A stretch of 64,000 bases of DNA from an uncultured archaeon (GTDB lineage: Archaea > Thermoproteota > Nitrososphaeria > Nitrososphaerales > Gagatemarchaeaceae): assembly GCA_963817525.1 (NCBI GenBank), contig CAWFOU010000007.1:1024001-1088000 (forward strand), given 5' to 3'. The translations under genes were made by a program, and so were the position numbers. Of this stretch, positions 50,767 through 59,741 are shown one piece after another. Positions within the stretch are counted from its first letter, which is position 1; each line of letters starts with the position of its first letter. The notes under the pieces were generated by a model that worked only from the letters and a program-made list of their open reading frames with translations, was not told where the DNA came from and did no database searches.

Positions 50767-52623
50767 ATGGGGTTGGGCAGCGTCTTCCATACGGACCTTA
50801 CGCTCCTCCACGCGCCCTCGGTGTACGACTTTAGGAAGAGGACCATCCTGCAAGGCCCCATCGCCGACGCCGTCCCTTCCACCGACGAGTTCGAGATGTA
50901 CCCGGTCGGGCTGACCAGCATCGCGTCCTACCTCGGCAAGAACCAGTACAACGTCCGGATCGTGAACCTGGCCTACAGGATGCTCCACGACCCGTCCTAC
51001 GACGTGGAGAGGAGGCTCGGGAAACTGCACTCCACGGTCTTCGGCATCGACCTCCACTGGCTCCCCCACGCGAACGGCGCCCTGGCGATAGCCGAGCTGA
51101 CCAAGCGGCTTCATCCCGAGAGCTACGTGCTCATGGGTGGCCTCTCGTCGAGCTACTACCACGAGGAGCTGGTCAGGTACCCCTACGTCGACTTTGTCCT
51201 CCGCGGCGACTCCACCGAGGAGCCCTGCCGGCAGCTCCTCCAGGCCCTCCGGGAGAACAAGCCGCTCGGGTCGGTCGAGAACCTCACCTGGAAGCGGCCC
51301 GACGGGCAGGTGGTGGTCAACCCGCTCACCTTCGTCCCTGGCGACCTCGACTACGTCGACGTCCCGGACTACCTCTACGCGATCAAGACGATGCTGAAGT
51401 ACCGGAGCCTTGACGACCTGGCCCCCTACCTGAGGTGGCTGAAGTACCCGACGACCATGCTCCTCAACTCGAGGGGGTGCACGCTCGACTGCTCGACCTG
51501 CGGAGGCTCCCGCTCGGCCTACAAGGAGATCTGCGAGAGGTCTTGGCCCGCCTTCCGGTCACCGGAGAAGCTTGTCTCGGACATAAGGTCGATCCGGTCC
51601 TTCTCGAACAGCCCCATCATGATGATCCACGACCCGCGGCTGGGTGGACTCTCGCGCGCCGAGAGGTTCTTCGCGCTGCTGAAGAAGGAGAGGGTGCCGA
51701 ACGAGCTGGTCTTCGAGCTCTTCTATCCCGCGGGGGACGAGTACTTCCAGATGGTCAGGGAGAGCGTCAAGAGGTGGAGCGTGGAGGTCACGATCGAGAC
51801 GCCCGAGGAGAGGCTGCGCAAGCTCGACTGCCTCAAGTTCCCCGTCCCCAACAGCAGGATCGAGGAGACCATAGGGAGCGCGCTCTCCCACGGGTGCGAC
51901 AAGCTGGACCTGTTCTTCATGGTGGGCATCCCGCACCAGACCTACGCGGACGTCATGGCCACCATCCCCTACTGCGAGCACCTGATCGAGCGGTTCGACA
52001 AGGACAAGCGGCTCGAGTTCTTCATATCCCCGATGGGGCCGTTCCTCGACCCGGGCTGCGGGGCGTTCGAGGACCCGAAGTACGGGTACAAGCACTTCTA
52101 CACCACTCTCGAGGAGCACAGGCAGGCGCTCCTCCAGCCCACGTGGAAATCCATCCTTTCATACGAGACCGACGCGATGACGAGGCAGCAGATCATCGAC
52201 GCGAGCTACGACGTGGCCTCGGCCATGAACGAGCTGAAGCACAGGTACGGGCTGATCGACGAAGAGACGTACGCGCACGTGAGCCAGCACCAGAAGGCGG
52301 CGAGGGAGGCGATGGAGGGGATCGAGCAGGCCCTCCTCCTCCCCGAGGACCAGAGGCAGGGCGCCCTGCTGGCGATCCAGGAGAAGGTGCGGGAGGCGAA
52401 CGCCGACACGCTCTTCAGCAAGAAGGAGCTCGACTGGCACGCCAACAACGGCCTCCGGACCAGCGCGACGCTGCTGCGGACGGCCGCACTAGGCCTCGGG
52501 GAGGAGGTCGACCACAGCGTCCACCGTCTCTTCGGGAGATACGACACCGACGTCTACAAGGGGGAGCGGATACCCCTTCAGGCGATGACCATGGACGCCT
52601 TCAAGCAGCTGAACGCCTCGTGA
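50767..52623 (+). CDS. B12-binding-domain radical SAM protein (resembles TIGR04190/Ta0216 family)
   Basis: LLHAPSVYDFR..FEMYPVG, GIDLHWLPH, RGCTLDCSTCGGS (CxxxCxxC), PFLDPG. Confidence 0.88.
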   Translation: MGLGSVFHTDLTLLHAPSVYDFRKRTILQGPIADAVPSTDEFEMYPVGLTSIASYLGKNQYNVRIVNLAYRMLHDPSYDVERRLGKLHSTVFGIDLHWLPHANGALAIAELTKRLHPESYVLMGGLSSSYYHEELVRYPYVDFVLRGDSTEEPCRQLLQALRENKPLGSVENLTWKRPDGQVVVNPLTFVPGDLDYVDVPDYLYAIKTMLKYRSLDDLAPYLRWLKYPTTMLLNSRGCTLDCSTCGGSRSAYKEICERSWPAFRSPEKLVSDIRSIRSFSNSPIMMIHDPRLGGLSRAERFFALLKKERVPNELVFELFYPAGDEYFQMVRESVKRWSVEVTIETPEERLRKLDCLKFPVPNSRIEETIGSALSHGCDKLDLFFMVGIPHQTYADVMATIPYCEHLIERFDKDKRLEFFISPMGPFLDPGCGAFEDPKYGYKHFYTTLEEHRQALLQPTWKSILSYETDAMTRQQIIDASYDVASAMNELKHRYGLIDEETYAHVSQHQKAAREAMEGIEQALLLPEDQRQGALLAIQEKVREANADTLFSKKELDWHANNGLRTSATLLRTAALGLGEEVDHSVHRLFGRYDTDVYKGERIPLQAMTMDAFKQLNAS

Positions 52624-52660
52624 CTCGTCCGGGCTCACCCTCAGGTTCGCGTCCGGGCAG

Positions 52661-52696
52661 TTCTCAGGCCTGGGAATCAGCTTCACATTTTTAAGC
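52661..52696 (+). promoter_or_regulatory. Regulon site C + TATA upstream of Ni permease
   Basis: TTCTCA-ggcc-TGGGAATC, 10 bp, TTTTAAGC. Confidence 0.72.
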
Positions 52697-52724
52697 GGCG
52701 CCCGACTTTCTCGGCCGACCCGAT

Positions 52725-53780
52725 GTGGGGCGAGCCACTGACTCGGCGGCAGGGTTCTCGGGCGGGGAGAAGGCAAGGATCGCCCTGCTATACGGCGCCA
52801 TAATCGTCGTCACGGCGTTCGGGTTTCTGGCCTCCTTCGCCATCGGGCGCGTCGCCATCGTGCTGGCCGGGCTCGGGCTCATCTCCTACGTCCTGGGCCT
52901 CCGGCACGCGGTCGACGCCGACCACATAGCGGCCATCGACAACACCACCCGGAAGCTGCTGCAGGAGAAGAAGCGGCCCCTCGCGGTCGGAACATGGTTC
53001 TCACTCGGCCACTCCACCATAGTCGTCGGGCTCATCGTCGCCTTCGTGCTCGCCGCGCGCGCCTTCAGCTCGAGCGTCCCCACCCTCCAGGCCGACGGCA
53101 ACATAATCGGGACCCTGATATCCGGAGGCTTCCTCTGGATCATAGGCCTAGTAAACGTCGTCATAGTGGTCGGGGTCTACCAGGTCTTCAGGAAGATGAG
53201 GGAAGGGAAGCTCGACCAGAGCGAGCTCGACGACCTCATGGAAAGACGGGGCTTCATGAACCGCTACTTCCACAGGTTCTTCAAGATAGTGAACGAGCCC
53301 TGGCAGATCTACCCGATAGGGGTGCTGTTCGGCCTCGGCTTCGACACCGCCACGGAGGTGGCGCTGATTGCGATAAGCGTGGGCGTCGGGGTCTCGGCCA
53401 ACGTGCCGCTGTATTACGTGCTCGTGCTGCCGCTGATGTTCACCTGCGGGATGGTCCTAGTGGACACGACGGACGGGGTCGCCATGAGGATGGCCTACGG
53501 CTGGGCTTTCCTCAATCCCCTCAGGAAGGTCTACTACAACCTCACGGTGACGATAATATCGATAATGGTGGCTTGGGCCATCGGGTCGATAGAGCTCCTC
53601 CAAGTCCTCTCTTCGGAGCTCAATCTCTCCGGAGGGTTCTGGTTGTGGGTGGACGCCCTTAACTTCGAGACCATCGGCTACGGCATCGTGGGGCTCTTCG
53701 TCGTCTCGTGGATGGCTTCGATGGCTTATTGGCGGCTCGGCAGGTTCGAGCAGAAGTATTCTGGCGTCATTGCGGGCTAG
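52725..53780 (+). CDS. hoxN: High-affinity Ni/Co permease (HoxN/NixA, NiCoT)
   Basis: RHAVDADHIAAID, FSLGHST, LFGLGFDTATE, DTTDG. Confidence 0.95.
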   Translation: MGRATDSAAGFSGGEKARIALLYGAIIVVTAFGFLASFAIGRVAIVLAGLGLISYVLGLRHAVDADHIAAIDNTTRKLLQEKKRPLAVGTWFSLGHSTIVVGLIVAFVLAARAFSSSVPTLQADGNIIGTLISGGFLWIIGLVNVVIVVGVYQVFRKMREGKLDQSELDDLMERRGFMNRYFHRFFKIVNEPWQIYPIGVLFGLGFDTATEVALIAISVGVGVSANVPLYYVLVLPLMFTCGMVLVDTTDGVAMRMAYGWAFLNPLRKVYYNLTVTIISIMVAWAIGSIELLQVLSSELNLSGGFWLWVDALNFETIGYGIVGLFVVSWMASMAYWRLGRFEQKYSGVIAG

Positions 53781-53798
53781 GCCGCGGCGCTGACGCCT

Positions 53799-54230
53799 CT
53801 AGCCTTCTTTCAATCGCGTGACCTGACCCTGATGGCCCAGCCTCTCGGCGACGACCGGATTCGCCAAGACGTAGACAGACACCTCTCCGTCCTTCATCTC
53901 GACGCGGAGGCTGCTGAAGACGCTCCTGTACACCGCGTGCCCCTTCCCCTTGCCCGTGGCGACCTTCCGCTCGACGGTCAGCACCCCTTGGCTCACCAGC
54001 TGCTTGACCTTCCTGTAGCATGTGCTTACCGGGATTCGCTGGTCGGAGCAGATTTCTTCGACCGTCCTTCCGACCGAGACCGTCGAGCTCACTATCTTCC
54101 TCGAACACTCATCAGTGAGCGCGTCCATCAGCGCGGTCGCTGACCCGACGCTGTCGACTGGAACGGCGGCCCCTGCGTCCTTGGGTTCGGACGGTCTCCC
54201 CGTCGTGATCACGCTAGGCTGGACCGTCAC
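53799..54230 (-). CDS. ArsR-like winged-helix regulator
   Basis: ALTDECSRKI, TVEEIC...IPVSTCYRKVKQL. Confidence 0.8.
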   Translation of the reverse strand: MTVQPSVITTGRPSEPKDAGAAVPVDSVGSATALMDALTDECSRKIVSSTVSVGRTVEEICSDQRIPVSTCYRKVKQLVSQGVLTVERKVATGKGKGHAVYRSVFSSLRVEMKDGEVSVYVLANPVVAERLGHQGQVTRLKEG

Positions 54231-54380
54231 TCGAGCTTCCCCGGCCCAACCGGTTCGATGCCGAAACCAATCCGCGAGACGTTGTGCGCGACAATCCTAG
54301 TGGGATTCCAGAAGCTCCCCACGTGATATCAGGGTTCTACCGGACATATCCGGCATCCCGTAAATACGGTCGCTTCCCGC

Positions 54381-55067
54381 GTGCGAGGCATGCGCCGTGT
54401 CGTCATGGAGCTTTCTGAGCAGGGGATGGAGAAGATGGCGGGCTTCACGCTGGAGCTCTCGAGGGATATCGAGTCATTGGAGGTCTTGCACCGCCTCAGG
54501 CACGGGACCGAAGGGTCGGCCATCGTCTGCAGGATCAAGCCGAAGGACAAAGCGGCTAAGATGGGCGAGCTGAAGTTCAAGTTCAAGAAGTTCGAGGTGC
54601 TCTCTGAGGAGGCGGACGGGTTTCTCGTCTACCTAGAGGCGGAGGCCGCTCGTCTGCCCCCGCTAGGCCCGAACCCTCCAAAAATCTTCCTCAACCTGCC
54701 CATCGAGGTCAGAGGAGGGAGTCGGAGGGTGACCATCCTCGGCGACTCTGCGGAGTTGAGGAAGCTGTTCCGATGGCTCGGTAAGAGGGGTGTCAACTTC
54801 GAAGTCCTATCGAACTCTGATGCCAGGTCCTCCCCCGAGTCTGCCCTCGGGGGCCTCTCGGGGCAGCAAAAGAAGGCGTTGTTGGCGGCCTACGCCCACG
54901 GGTACTACGAAATTCCCAGAAGGTCCCACCTGGACGAGATAGCCAGGGAGCAGAAGGTGAACAAGTCCACCTTCGCGGAGCACCTGCTGAAAGCGGAGAA
55001 CCGCCTCATAGGGAGCATCCTGGCGGAAGAGCTCAATCACCCGAACCCGGAAGGCCGCAAGGTCTAG
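54381..55067 (+). CDS. Bat-like HTH_10 transcription regulator
   Basis: LSGQQKKAL.AAY..GYYEIPRR..LDEIA....V.KSTF.EHL.KAE. Confidence 0.88.
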   Translation: MRGMRRVVMELSEQGMEKMAGFTLELSRDIESLEVLHRLRHGTEGSAIVCRIKPKDKAAKMGELKFKFKKFEVLSEEADGFLVYLEAEAARLPPLGPNPPKIFLNLPIEVRGGSRRVTILGDSAELRKLFRWLGKRGVNFEVLSNSDARSSPESALGGLSGQQKKALLAAYAHGYYEIPRRSHLDEIAREQKVNKSTFAEHLLKAENRLIGSILAEELNHPNPEGRKV

Positions 55068-55077
55068 AGCTTGGGGC

Positions 55078-56691
55078 TCAAGTCCACTTGGCGCTGAAGT
55101 GGGCGCCGCCGGAGATGAGGGGCATGAACGGCGTCCCTGTCCCGGCGTAGAACTGTGGAAGCCACTCGTATAGCTGCAGCCTCATGTCCTGCAGGTAGAC
55201 GATCAGGCCCTCCAGGCTCATCACGGCGACGTTGAGGAAGACCGCCAGGATTATGCCGACGACGCCATACGACATCACGCCCGCGACGAGGCTCCCCAGG
55301 AGGGTCGTCGTTATCAACAGGACCCCGAGCCTGACGTAGCTGAGGGTGTTGGTGAAGAACTCGAACGGCTTCGCCACCCCTCCGAGGAGGCCCGCGCCGA
55401 GCCCCCTGACGGCGCTCTTCCACTTGCGGGTCGACAGGTAGTCGCGTATCGGCTCCCCCACGATGAGGACGGCCAGCGCGACCAGGACGACCGGAAGGGA
55501 GACGCGCGCGGTCTCGTAGACGGGGATGTCAATCCCGAGGAGGCCGTTGAAAAGGGGCGTAGGCGCGCTGCTGGTAAAGAGCACGCCAAAGTCGAGGGCC
55601 GTCCCGGCCACGGCGAGCCCCAGGGGCACCAGGAACACGTAGAGCACCACCGTGGGCAGCCTGTCCAGGAGTGCATCCAGATAGTTTCCGGCCCTCTCCT
55701 GGTTGATGAAGCCTATGGCGTAGGCGCTCGCGAGGTGGAAGGCGCCTATGGCTATCGCGACCTCGAGCAGGAACGGGATGGAAGAGAGGGTGAATGCCGC
55801 CGTGATCTCTTGGGGGAGCTTGACGACGCTCTCCAGGGGCGAGGTGAACACCACCCCGAAGATCAACCCCCTGACGAAGCCGAAGAGGGCCGCCGAGAAG
55901 CTCAGGACGAGGAGCTGCTTGCCCCACGACTTGTAGGCCGTCCGATAGATGAGGTACAGGCCCACCGCGAGGAGCGCGATCCCGTGCCCCACGTCGGCGA
56001 ACATTATGCCGAAGAAGAACGGGAAGACGAACGCGAGGATGGGGGTGGGGTCGACCTCCCCATACCGGGGGAGGCCCCGCATGAGGGTTATGCTCTCGAA
56101 GACGGAGACCAGCCGGGGGTTCACCAGGAGCGTCGGGATGTACGCCACCTCTTTGCCCTGCGTCTTGACGGGCTCGGCCGAGACAACGTAGCTGCCCAGG
56201 GATGCCCTGAACGACTCGAGTGAGTGCGCGGGGAGGAACCCCTCGAACGCCAGCCTCCCTCCATCGAGAGGGTACACGAAGATCCTCTGCAGGTCAGTGA
56301 ACACCATCAGCGACGCCTCCGGGATTGCCAGCAGGACCTCGGTGACCCCCAGCTTGTCCTTCTCCTGCTTGAAGAGCGACAGGTTCCTCTCTATGGTGCC
56401 GAGGTAGTCCTGCAGCCCTTTGAGCAGCCCTTCGATGTCGTGGGCCTCGAACCTCTCCACCTCCTTCTTCTTGCCCTCTGCGGCCCTCACTCCCCCCTTG
56501 CTCAGCAGGTCGCCGGCCCTGGTGTAGATGTCCTGCGCCTCCGACGCAAGCAGGAGTATCCCTATGTCCTGCACCATTCCCTTGCTCCTCGAGGGATGGA
56601 ACTCGGTGAACTTGATGAGCTTCGCGAGCATCACGCCGACCTCCGTCCTGGGCGCTTCCAGCCTCGCCCTGACGAGTCTAGCTACTGCCAA
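55078..56691 (-). CDS. A/V-type ATPase subunit I-like protein (intact, 537 aa)
   Basis: PRYGEVDPT, FFGIMFADVGHG, NTLSYVRL (essential Arg), FYAGTGTPF. Confidence 0.88.
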   Translation of the reverse strand: MAVARLVRARLEAPRTEVGVMLAKLIKFTEFHPSRSKGMVQDIGILLLASEAQDIYTRAGDLLSKGGVRAAEGKKKEVERFEAHDIEGLLKGLQDYLGTIERNLSLFKQEKDKLGVTEVLLAIPEASLMVFTDLQRIFVYPLDGGRLAFEGFLPAHSLESFRASLGSYVVSAEPVKTQGKEVAYIPTLLVNPRLVSVFESITLMRGLPRYGEVDPTPILAFVFPFFFGIMFADVGHGIALLAVGLYLIYRTAYKSWGKQLLVLSFSAALFGFVRGLIFGVVFTSPLESVVKLPQEITAAFTLSSIPFLLEVAIAIGAFHLASAYAIGFINQERAGNYLDALLDRLPTVVLYVFLVPLGLAVAGTALDFGVLFTSSAPTPLFNGLLGIDIPVYETARVSLPVVLVALAVLIVGEPIRDYLSTRKWKSAVRGLGAGLLGGVAKPFEFFTNTLSYVRLGVLLITTTLLGSLVAGVMSYGVVGIILAVFLNVAVMSLEGLIVYLQDMRLQLYEWLPQFYAGTGTPFMPLISGGAHFSAKWT

Positions 56692-56710
56692 GTTGGAGCG
56701 CTATCCGGAC

Positions 56711-57160
56711 TCAGCGTATCACAAGGACCGCGCAGGCCGCGTACTCGACGAGGCCGGCCGCCACGCTCCCCACGAGCATCCTCCTCGAGGGGGTCGTCCC
56801 CCGGGTCCCCGTCACAATTAGGTCGGCCTTCACCGTCTCCGCGTAGCCGAGTATCGCGTCGACGACGGAGTAGGCGCCCACGACGACCTCGGTCTTCACC
56901 CCGATCCCGCTCCTCGTCGCTATCTCCTCGACGTCCTTCATCCACTTCTTCGCGTCCCTCCTCGCGCTCGCGTAGATCTCTGCAAGGTCGCCCTTCACCT
57001 CGAACGGAGGGACGGGCACGACGTGGAGCGCGACCAGCTCCGCCCCGTCCTGCCTTGCGATGCGCGCCGCGTGCTCGGCCGCCCGAAGAGAGACCTCCGA
57101 CCCGTCCACGGCCACGATTAGTCTGGTGAAGCCTCTCTTGGTCGACGAGGACGATGACAT
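56711..57160 (-). CDS. Universal stress protein (copy 2)
   Basis: Nearly identical protein to 46383-46832. Confidence 0.95.
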   Translation of the reverse strand: MSSSSSTKRGFTRLIVAVDGSEVSLRAAEHAARIARQDGAELVALHVVPVPPFEVKGDLAEIYASARRDAKKWMKDVEEIATRSGIGVKTEVVVGAYSVVDAILGYAETVKADLIVTGTRGTTPSRRMLVGSVAAGLVEYAACAVLVIR

Positions 57161-57274
57161 GGAGCTACTCCTGCCGTCTCGCGGCGTCGACCGCGCTGGT
57201 CGATCGTCTTTCTTCCCGCGCCCACACCTGCGCAGACACGTCCGGTTCTCTGGCGCTTTCGTATTTAATCAATT

Positions 57275-58434
57275 GAGGCATGGGCATAATTCTATCGTTG
57301 ATTGACGCGTTAGCAAAATCTGATTGAGATAGGATGCTAAGGGTCTCCGTCCCGGGAGACCTGTTGGCACAATGAATCCCGGTAGGAGACTTCCTAGCAC
57401 GATGCTACTCTCTGAGTCGTTCCTTATTGGGATTCTACGTCTAATCGGTTTGATTCCTTGGCCAACACATTCCAAGAGACGTGCTGGGAGGCCATACATC
57501 TACCCGCCTCTCGTGATGCTCAGATGCTTCATCGTGAGGGTATGGATGAGGATACCGAGCAACAACGCGCTCCACTCGTTCTTCCTCCTCTCCACAGAGA
57601 ACCCGTACAACGCGAGGATCATGATGGCGTGTGGTCTCGATAGGATTCCAGACAGGAGGACGTTCGACAGGAGGCTCAAGAACATCTCAGCCGATGGGAG
57701 CGACGAGGACCTCAGGCCGCGGATAGATGCGATGGGTCGCCTGTTCGTCGCAGAGGAGTTGATCGACCCATACATCGCGTCAGTGGACAGCACGCTCCTC
57801 AAGGCCAAGGGCCACGTATGGCACAGGAGCAGCATGGAGAAGGGTTTCGTTTACTCCGGGACAGACACGGACGCGCGGTGGGGCAAGAGCAGGACAAAGG
57901 GATGGGTCTTCGGATACAAGCTTCACATCGTGAGCAGCACGGGCTCGCTCATCGTTCCTATCTCAGCCGATTTCACCACAGCCAATATCCCTGACAGCAA
58001 GGTCTACGGGAGGGTGACCGCGTCCCTGCGCGGCGTCAGGTATGTGGATGGCGACCAGGGCTACGACGTCGACGACCTCTACGAGCTGAGCAGGGAGAGA
58101 GGGTTCGACCTCGTCTGTCCCATAGCGAGGTATGAGAACACGCATCCAGATAGGGTCGAGCTCGTGTTCTTCTACGAGTCTGAGCTCGGGCAGCTGGTAT
58201 ACTCGTGGAGGAGCAAATCGGTAGAGCCTCTCTTCGAGCAAATCAAAGATGTCTTCGGGATCGACCCTCTCCCGGTGAGAGGATTCGACAAGACGAAGAT
58301 GTCTGTCCTTCTATCGGTTCTGCTGTATCAGACGATGGTATACTACAATCATCTGACAGGGAGATCGCTGAGGGCGCTCAAACACATGCTCGGGAGTTGA
58401 GAGACCCTACACGGGACAATTATGCCCATGCCTC
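57275..58434 (+). mobile_element. Intact 1160-bp DDE insertion sequence (IS4/IS5/IS982-like superfamily)
   Basis: 17-bp perfect TIR GAGGCATGGGCATAATT; 8-bp TSD AATCAATT at 57267-57274 and 58435-58442. Confidence 0.93.
57372..58400 (+). CDS. DDE transposase
   Basis: SVDST, DTDARWG, FGYKLH, GDQGYD, R..SVEPLFEQIK. Confidence 0.92.
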   Translation: MNPGRRLPSTMLLSESFLIGILRLIGLIPWPTHSKRRAGRPYIYPPLVMLRCFIVRVWMRIPSNNALHSFFLLSTENPYNARIMMACGLDRIPDRRTFDRRLKNISADGSDEDLRPRIDAMGRLFVAEELIDPYIASVDSTLLKAKGHVWHRSSMEKGFVYSGTDTDARWGKSRTKGWVFGYKLHIVSSTGSLIVPISADFTTANIPDSKVYGRVTASLRGVRYVDGDQGYDVDDLYELSRERGFDLVCPIARYENTHPDRVELVFFYESELGQLVYSWRSKSVEPLFEQIKDVFGIDPLPVRGFDKTKMSVLLSVLLYQTMVYYNHLTGRSLRALKHMLGS

Positions 58435-58449
58435 AATCAATTAAGGGAC

Positions 58450-58485
58450 TTCTCAGAGTTGAGAATCACCAGCGCGCATAAATAG
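58450..58485 (+). promoter_or_regulatory. Regulon site D + TATA upstream of hydrogenase operon
   Basis: Perfect TTCTCA-gagt-TGAGAA(TC), 10 bp, ATAAATAG. Confidence 0.75.
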
Positions 58486-58574
58486 GAAGGCCGACTCAAT
58501 TGACCTTGGGAAGCCTTCAATCCTGAGAGCCCGCGAAAGAAGGTCTCTGTGCGCAGAGCGAGTGGACGACAGCG

Positions 58575-59741
58575 ATGCAAGTAACTAGGCGCGACTTTCT
58601 AAAGCTGGCAGGGGTCCTCGGCGCGGGCTTTGTCATAACAGCATATTCTCCAGGCATAAAGAAGGTCTTCGCCCAGGTGCAGTCCCAGAACGTGCACCTC
58701 ATTTGGATTCACCTCGGGTCCGACTCTGGTTGCTCGATATCGATGCTCCAGGCCTACAACCCTGACCTCATATCCTCCGTGGTCGATCTGGGACTTCAAG
58801 TGGACTTTTGGCAGGTTCTGATGACTCCCGACTACCAGATTGGGGACCTGGGGTGGATCACCGCCGGATACACGACGGAGGACACTTCGGAGCTCCCGAT
58901 CATCAACGCCGCGTTCGGGAGCGCACCGGTGGACGTGCTCGTCGTCGAGGGTACGCCGCAAGTCGCCACTCCGCCCGGCGGCGTGGCCGGAGGCTACTGC
59001 ACGGTCGGGCAGTACAACGGCCAGGACGTCACGGGGTACGAGCTGCTCCAGAAGCTCGCGGCCAAGGCCAGCTATGTGGTCGCGGTGGGCCAGTGCTCCT
59101 CATTCGGCGGCATCCCCGCGGGCAAGGGGAACCTCACGGGCGGCACCTCCGTGGTCAACGCCTTGAAGATGGCAGGGGTGAGCACGGCCAACCCTGTGAT
59201 CAACATGCCCGGATGTCCCGCCAATCCCGACTGGACCCTCGTCACGCTGGCGTCGGTCATCCAGGGCTTCAAACCCGACCTCGACAGCCTGGGACGCCCC
59301 ACCGCGTTCTACAGCGAGACCATCCACGACCATTGTCCGCGGAGGGGAGCCTACGACAAGGGCGACTTTGCGACGGTCTTCGACGACCCTTACGGCTGCC
59401 TATGGAAGCTGGGGTGCAAGGGGCCCATTACGTACGGGGCCTGCTCGCTGACCCACTGGAACTCGGGGACGGGGACGTGCACCCTCGCCGGCCCGATGTG
59501 CTGGGGGTGCATGAACGAGAGCTTTCCCGACCCGCCGACTAGCCCGTTCTTCGACGAGATCGAGCTCACGCCAGCCTTCTTCGGGGTCAACGTCAACGAC
59601 ATAGCGATAGGCGCCGCGGCGGCCACGGCCGGGGTCATAGCGGTCCACGCGGTAGCGCGGGAGCTGCGGGGGGACCGCAAGAAGGAGGACGCGGGCGCCC
59701 CGGCGGGCCACCAGGGGCAGAGCGAGGGCGGTGGCAGTTGA
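58575..59741 (+). CDS. [NiFe]-hydrogenase small subunit (Tat-exported, C-terminal anchor)
   Basis: TRRDFLK; VEG, GQCSSFGGIP, PGCP, HDHCPRR, CL.KLGCKGP, CWGC. Confidence 0.93.
   Translation: MQVTRRDFLKLAGVLGAGFVITAYSPGIKKVFAQVQSQNVHLIWIHLGSDSGCSISMLQAYNPDLISSVVDLGLQVDFWQVLMTPDYQIGDLGWITAGYTTEDTSELPIINAAFGSAPVDVLVVEGTPQVATPPGGVAGGYCTVGQYNGQDVTGYELLQKLAAKASYVVAVGQCSSFGGIPAGKGNLTGGTSVVNALKMAGVSTANPVINMPGCPANPDWTLVTLASVIQGFKPDLDSLGRPTAFYSETIHDHCPRRGAYDKGDFATVFDDPYGCLWKLGCKGPITYGACSLTHWNSGTGTCTLAGPMCWGCMNESFPDPPTSPFFDEIELTPAFFGVNVNDIAIGAAAATAGVIAVHAVARELRGDRKKEDAGAPAGHQGQSEGGGS

Larger units (their letters stand above)
55077..57274 (-). repeat. Copy 2 of ~2.2 kb inverted duplication
   Basis: Reverse-complement match to 46270-48476. 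Confidence 0.92.
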
